Assembly (NCBI RefSeq): GCF_009914755.1
Contig: NC_060926.1
Source: the human T2T-CHM13v2.0 reference genome, Homo sapiens
Length of the DNA stretch: 64,000 bases
Strand: one strand, 5' to 3'
A program made the position numbers and the translations under genes. Below, in pieces: positions 60,238-64,000 of this stretch. Position 1 is the stretch's first letter, and every line of letters starts with the position of its first letter. The notes below the pieces were generated by a model that worked only from the letters and a program-made list of their open reading frames with translations, made no database searches and had not been told where the DNA came from.

Positions 60238-60398
60238 GCTGTTCCTCAACCTAAATTAATCAGAACCACCTAGGAGCTTGTGAAAAATTCAGATCACAGA
60301 CTCCAAACTCTAAAGTCTTGAGGATTGATGTTAAAAGTGTACATTTGTAATCAGTACCTCAAATGATTCTAAGGTATAAACTCATTTTTGCAACCACT
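60238..60398. mobile_element. MER5B/MER5A-like
   Basis: atcagaaccacctaggagcttgtgaaaaattcagat...aaatgattct...aaccacta. Confidence 0.65.
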
Positions 60399-61507
60399 AG
60401 GGTTCATCATCAGACAGAAAAGCTCAGAAAGCACTTACCTTCCACTAAGTTATCTTATGCCATTCTTACAGCTACTAAAAGTAACAACCATATATTGACT
60501 TTCTAGAACAGTCCCAAATCCCAAATCTAAATAAACATTATCGTCTTTTGTCCAATGCCCTAAACCACCTATCTACAAAGCAATAAAGCATCAATTATGC
60601 CAAATCAAAGGCACTTCTTTTTTTCTGTTTTTTTTCCTCTTCAAACAACGGATTTGTTATTTTCTCCTTTTGTTCAAATAAAGACAATCATCCTTTAAAT
60701 ATAACCTGCAAGTCAACTTTACTGTGAGGCTTTTCTTATCTTCTTCTTCTATGCCTAAAGTGGTAGAACAAAGATTTTTTGGTAAACATTACAAATCTTC
60801 ATATCAAGGGCACATTCCCTTTGGTTGGATGAAATATCTTTCCCAACTCCAGTAGGGAAAGAATCTTACATGATCAATGGCTCTCAATGGCTGGAAGATA
60901 GATGGCAATCAAGAAATATCTGATGAACGAGCCAGGGGTAGAGACCAAACTCTTCCTCTGCTCTTCAAAAATCTTTCAAAACTCAGCTCCACCTACCTAC
61001 CCAGTCTCTTCAACCCCAGGGTGTGGCAGCTAACTCCTGTTCTTGGCTCAAGGGATATTCATTCCTCTTTTACCAGCTTTATTTAACTACAGTTTACCAA
61101 GTTCCTATTCTTGGAAGCCTTTCTAGATAACTGTCAACAAAGATAGTCCTTCTTATCTTTGGCAAAAGAGCACTTTATCTTATCACTCATTTTGACACTT
61201 AAGAGCTACCGGGCACCCTGTGGATGACCTTGTCCAGTTAGCTATTTTCTAGATGAGGAAACTAATGTGGCAGCCTAAGGAACTTGTCCATGATCAGATC
61301 AGATAATTATTCAGAATAAAAATTAGAAACAGTCTCCCACCCTCTTGTATTGTATTCCTCTAAAGATTATAAGCCTTTTGGAAATGTGGGCTTTAAATGA
61401 GAAATGGTTTTTAATCCCTGTACTAGAATGCGAACCTGCTCACTGAAGGCTGCCCTCCAGATTACCGGCCTTACGATGCTCTGCACTAGACCCTGGCATT
61501 CTTGAAA

Positions 61508-61600
61508 GATGTTTCCCCAAATCCTCATTAATTCCCAATAATTAAGCCCTAACCCCCAATGTGATTACATTTGGAGACAGAGGCCATAAGGAGGTAATAA
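61508..61600 (+). mobile_element. MaLR LTR (MLT1/MST-type) fragment
   Basis: gccctaacccccaatgtgattacatttggagacagaggcc...aggaggtaat. Confidence 0.65.
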
Positions 61601-61777
61601 TAAGTCCATGCTTCATCCATGAAGTCATTCTTCAGAAAATCCCTCTAAACAATGTACTTTGGTCAATTCCCTTGTCTCTCAAAGGGGGTTATTATATACC
61701 CAGTTTAGAATGATTGAAACATAATGTGAGAATATGACCAAATCAGGACAACAAAGATGTGCTGAAAAGCAGCCCAG

Positions 61778-61995
61778 ATTTGTAGTTAAGGGTGAAGGCT
61801 TGGTCAGTGGCCAGACTTTGCAGGTTGAATCCAGACTCCTCACCTATTAGCTGTGTGACTTTGGGCAAGCTGCTTAGCTTCTCTGGGCTTTAGTTTCCTC
61901 ATCTATGAAAAGAGGATAATGACAGTCACTATTTCACCAAGTCATGGTGACACAATGAAATACTGAAAATAAAGTGCTTAGCACAAAGCCAAGTT
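61778..61995 (+). mobile_element. MIR
   Basis: tattagctgtgtgactttgggcaagctgcttagcttctctgggctttagtttcctcatctatgaaa. Confidence 0.85.
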
Positions 61996-62124
61996 CTCAT
62001 CAGGTAAATACATAGCGACCTTAACATAAATTATTTTAAATTAATGCCATAAAGGCTAAAACAAAGAGAGAGAGAGAAATCTCTATGCCGTGGGACTTTG
62101 AATGCATTTGTGAACTGTTGCATT

Positions 62125-62250
62125 TAATCCATTCATTCATTCCTTTCAATAACAACTGTGTGTCAGGCTCAGTTTTAGGCTCTGAGAGTCCTGCAAAAAA
62201 CAAGCAAGGCCCAAAAAACAAAGCCTTCTCTCATGGAAGTAGCATTGTAA
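62125..62250 (-). mobile_element. L2 3' end
   Basis: cattcattcattcctttcaataacaactgtgtgtcaggc...ctctcatggaag. Confidence 0.65.
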
Positions 62251-62544
62251 TTGACAGCTAAATCCAAGGATGCTGGAGATCTTCCACATTCTTCTTCCAC
62301 TTATGTTCTCAGTGCTCCAAATACTTCTCTTGAAAGTACACTCAAAGCAATTTAAAAGTCACTCCTAAAAATAGTCTGTTACTTTGCAATCACTCATTGT
62401 TCTTGAGTAAAACCCAATATTACCCAGTATGGCTGATCTCATTTATCAATAGCCTGGTCAGTGAATTATTTGATTTCCAAAAATTAAATCCACCTTAAGG
62501 GACAAAATTGTTCAGAACTAAGCACATTTAAAAAGAAGGCCCCA

Positions 62545-62905
62545 GGCCTGGCACAGTGGCTCACATCTGTAATGCAAGTACTTTGGGAGGCCAAGGAGGT
62601 GAACAGTGCTTGAAGCCAGGAGTTTAGGACTAGCCAGGGCCACAAAATAAGACCACTCATCTCTACAAAAAATTAAAAATTTAGCAAGGTGCAGTGGTGC
62701 ACACCTGTAGCCCTAGCTACTCAGGAGGCTGAGGCCGGAGGATCATTTGAACCTAAGAGTTGGAGGCTGCAATGAGCTATGATGGTGCCATTGCACTCTA
62801 GCCTAGGCAATAGAGTGAGATTCCATCGAAAAGAAGAAGAAGAAAGAAGGAAGAAGAAAGACAAAGATGACGATGACGAAGAAGGAGGAGGAGGAGATTA
62901 TCAAT
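62545..62905 (+). mobile_element. AluJ-like with purine-rich (GAA/GAT/GAG) tail
   Basis: TSD aaaaagaagg(c/t)ccca at 62530-62544 and 62906-62920. Confidence 0.92.
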
Positions 62906-64000
62906 AAAAAGAAGGTCCCAGACATTTTGAAGAAGACAGTTCCAAAACATTTCCACAAAAGTTGTGGCAGCCTTACAGTTATCCAGACTATCTTTTTCAA
63001 GGATTCATTTGCATGAAAGTCTCTGTATTTGTTTGCTAAAAAAAAAGGGGGGGTTATACTTTAGAATTATACAGACTCTTTTGTGTAAGTATACTGCCCA
63101 GCAAAACTGACAGAGTGCTGAGTGTGTGGCAAAATGAGTAATTTATTGAATTGAACGAAGAGTCTAAAACGTAGTGGGATGAAACAGATGTATGAGTAGG
63201 GTTATAAGTCTTCTGTTATAGGACACAAATGAAAATCTCCTTAGGGATACTGCTCTACCTGTAATTTATTTCTACATTATTCTTGTGTGTAATATTATTT
63301 TTGGCATGTTAATGTATTGTCAATGAATTCCAATCTGGTGACATGACAAAAGTTGTATTTCATTTTGGAGTGTAAAAAATGTGAAAATCAATTGAATTAT
63401 ATATCAATGACATGCAATGAGAGTAACTAGTATATTCTGTGTAATGTCACTTTTCTGGAATGACTAGCAGCCTAGAGCTATTAGATTAATTGCTAGAGTT
63501 TTATTCTTACTATTATAGTCAGTTGGATTTGCTGAAGTGAGATAAAAACTCAAAGCTCTCTCTTTTTTTCTCCCCCAAAAGAAAGAGAATTTGCCAGAAT
63601 CTGCATAATTTAGATTATTAACTTATTTTCTTGGCATTTGACTGAACCTGTAAGTTTATGCTGGCAAATAAAATAAGCACTGAAAGTTGAAGTCACTCTT
63701 TGATCTAGTAAATAAACCTGCAGAAAATTCAGACTCAATTACTCTTTAAATTTATGACATTTCTAGTATTGTGACAAATACTGCTTTCTCACTGAAAATA
63801 CATGATGTATTCGGTGAGTATGCTTCAAAAATCAATGGGCTGCTTACAAATAAAACCATATTGACATTTTTACATTTTCCTTTTTACATTTGTTTCTTCG
63901 TTCATTTCAATGATCACACGTGGCGTGCAATGACTGAATAGGACTCTATGTACTGTATTGTTTTAGGTGCTATAGTGAATGCAAAGATAAATACAGACTT

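Noticed and set aside
62990-63480. Possible old L1 or DNA-transposon relic
   Set aside because: AT-rich and too degenerate to assign without a profile search.

Overview
Primate (almost certainly human) genomic DNA from inside the EPHA4 receptor tyrosine kinase gene, transcribed on the minus strand. Only two coding exons are present. One is a 156-bp exon (26067-26222; Cys-rich/EGF-like segment, [23 protein letters not shown]...ASMPCT; canonical exon 4). The other is a 339-bp exon (7423-7761; first fibronectin type III repeat, RPPSAPLNL...VTTNQA; canonical exon 5). Both have canonical AG/GT ends and are phase 1-1. Everything else is intron: about 28 Alu elements or fragments, MIR/L2/L1 relics, hAT-type MERs (MER58, MER20, MER5, MER3, MER33), two MADE1 mariner MITEs, one MER57-family ERV1 solo LTR and several microsatellites. 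All other ORFs in the track are Alu-derived or chance. The strongest leads are: (1) a stop + 2xUGUA + AAUAAA cassette just after the weak exon-5 donor, which could yield a secreted EPHA4 ectodomain; (2) a perfect 20-bp tandem expansion multiplying ETS sites between the CCAAT and TATA boxes of an antisense-oriented LTR; (3) symmetric exons flanked by inverted Alus (possible stop-free circRNA); (4) a young 172-bp MIR tandem duplication next to a spaced E-box repeat. Exon numbering and repeat subfamily names come from memory of the gene and consensus sequences, not from searches.
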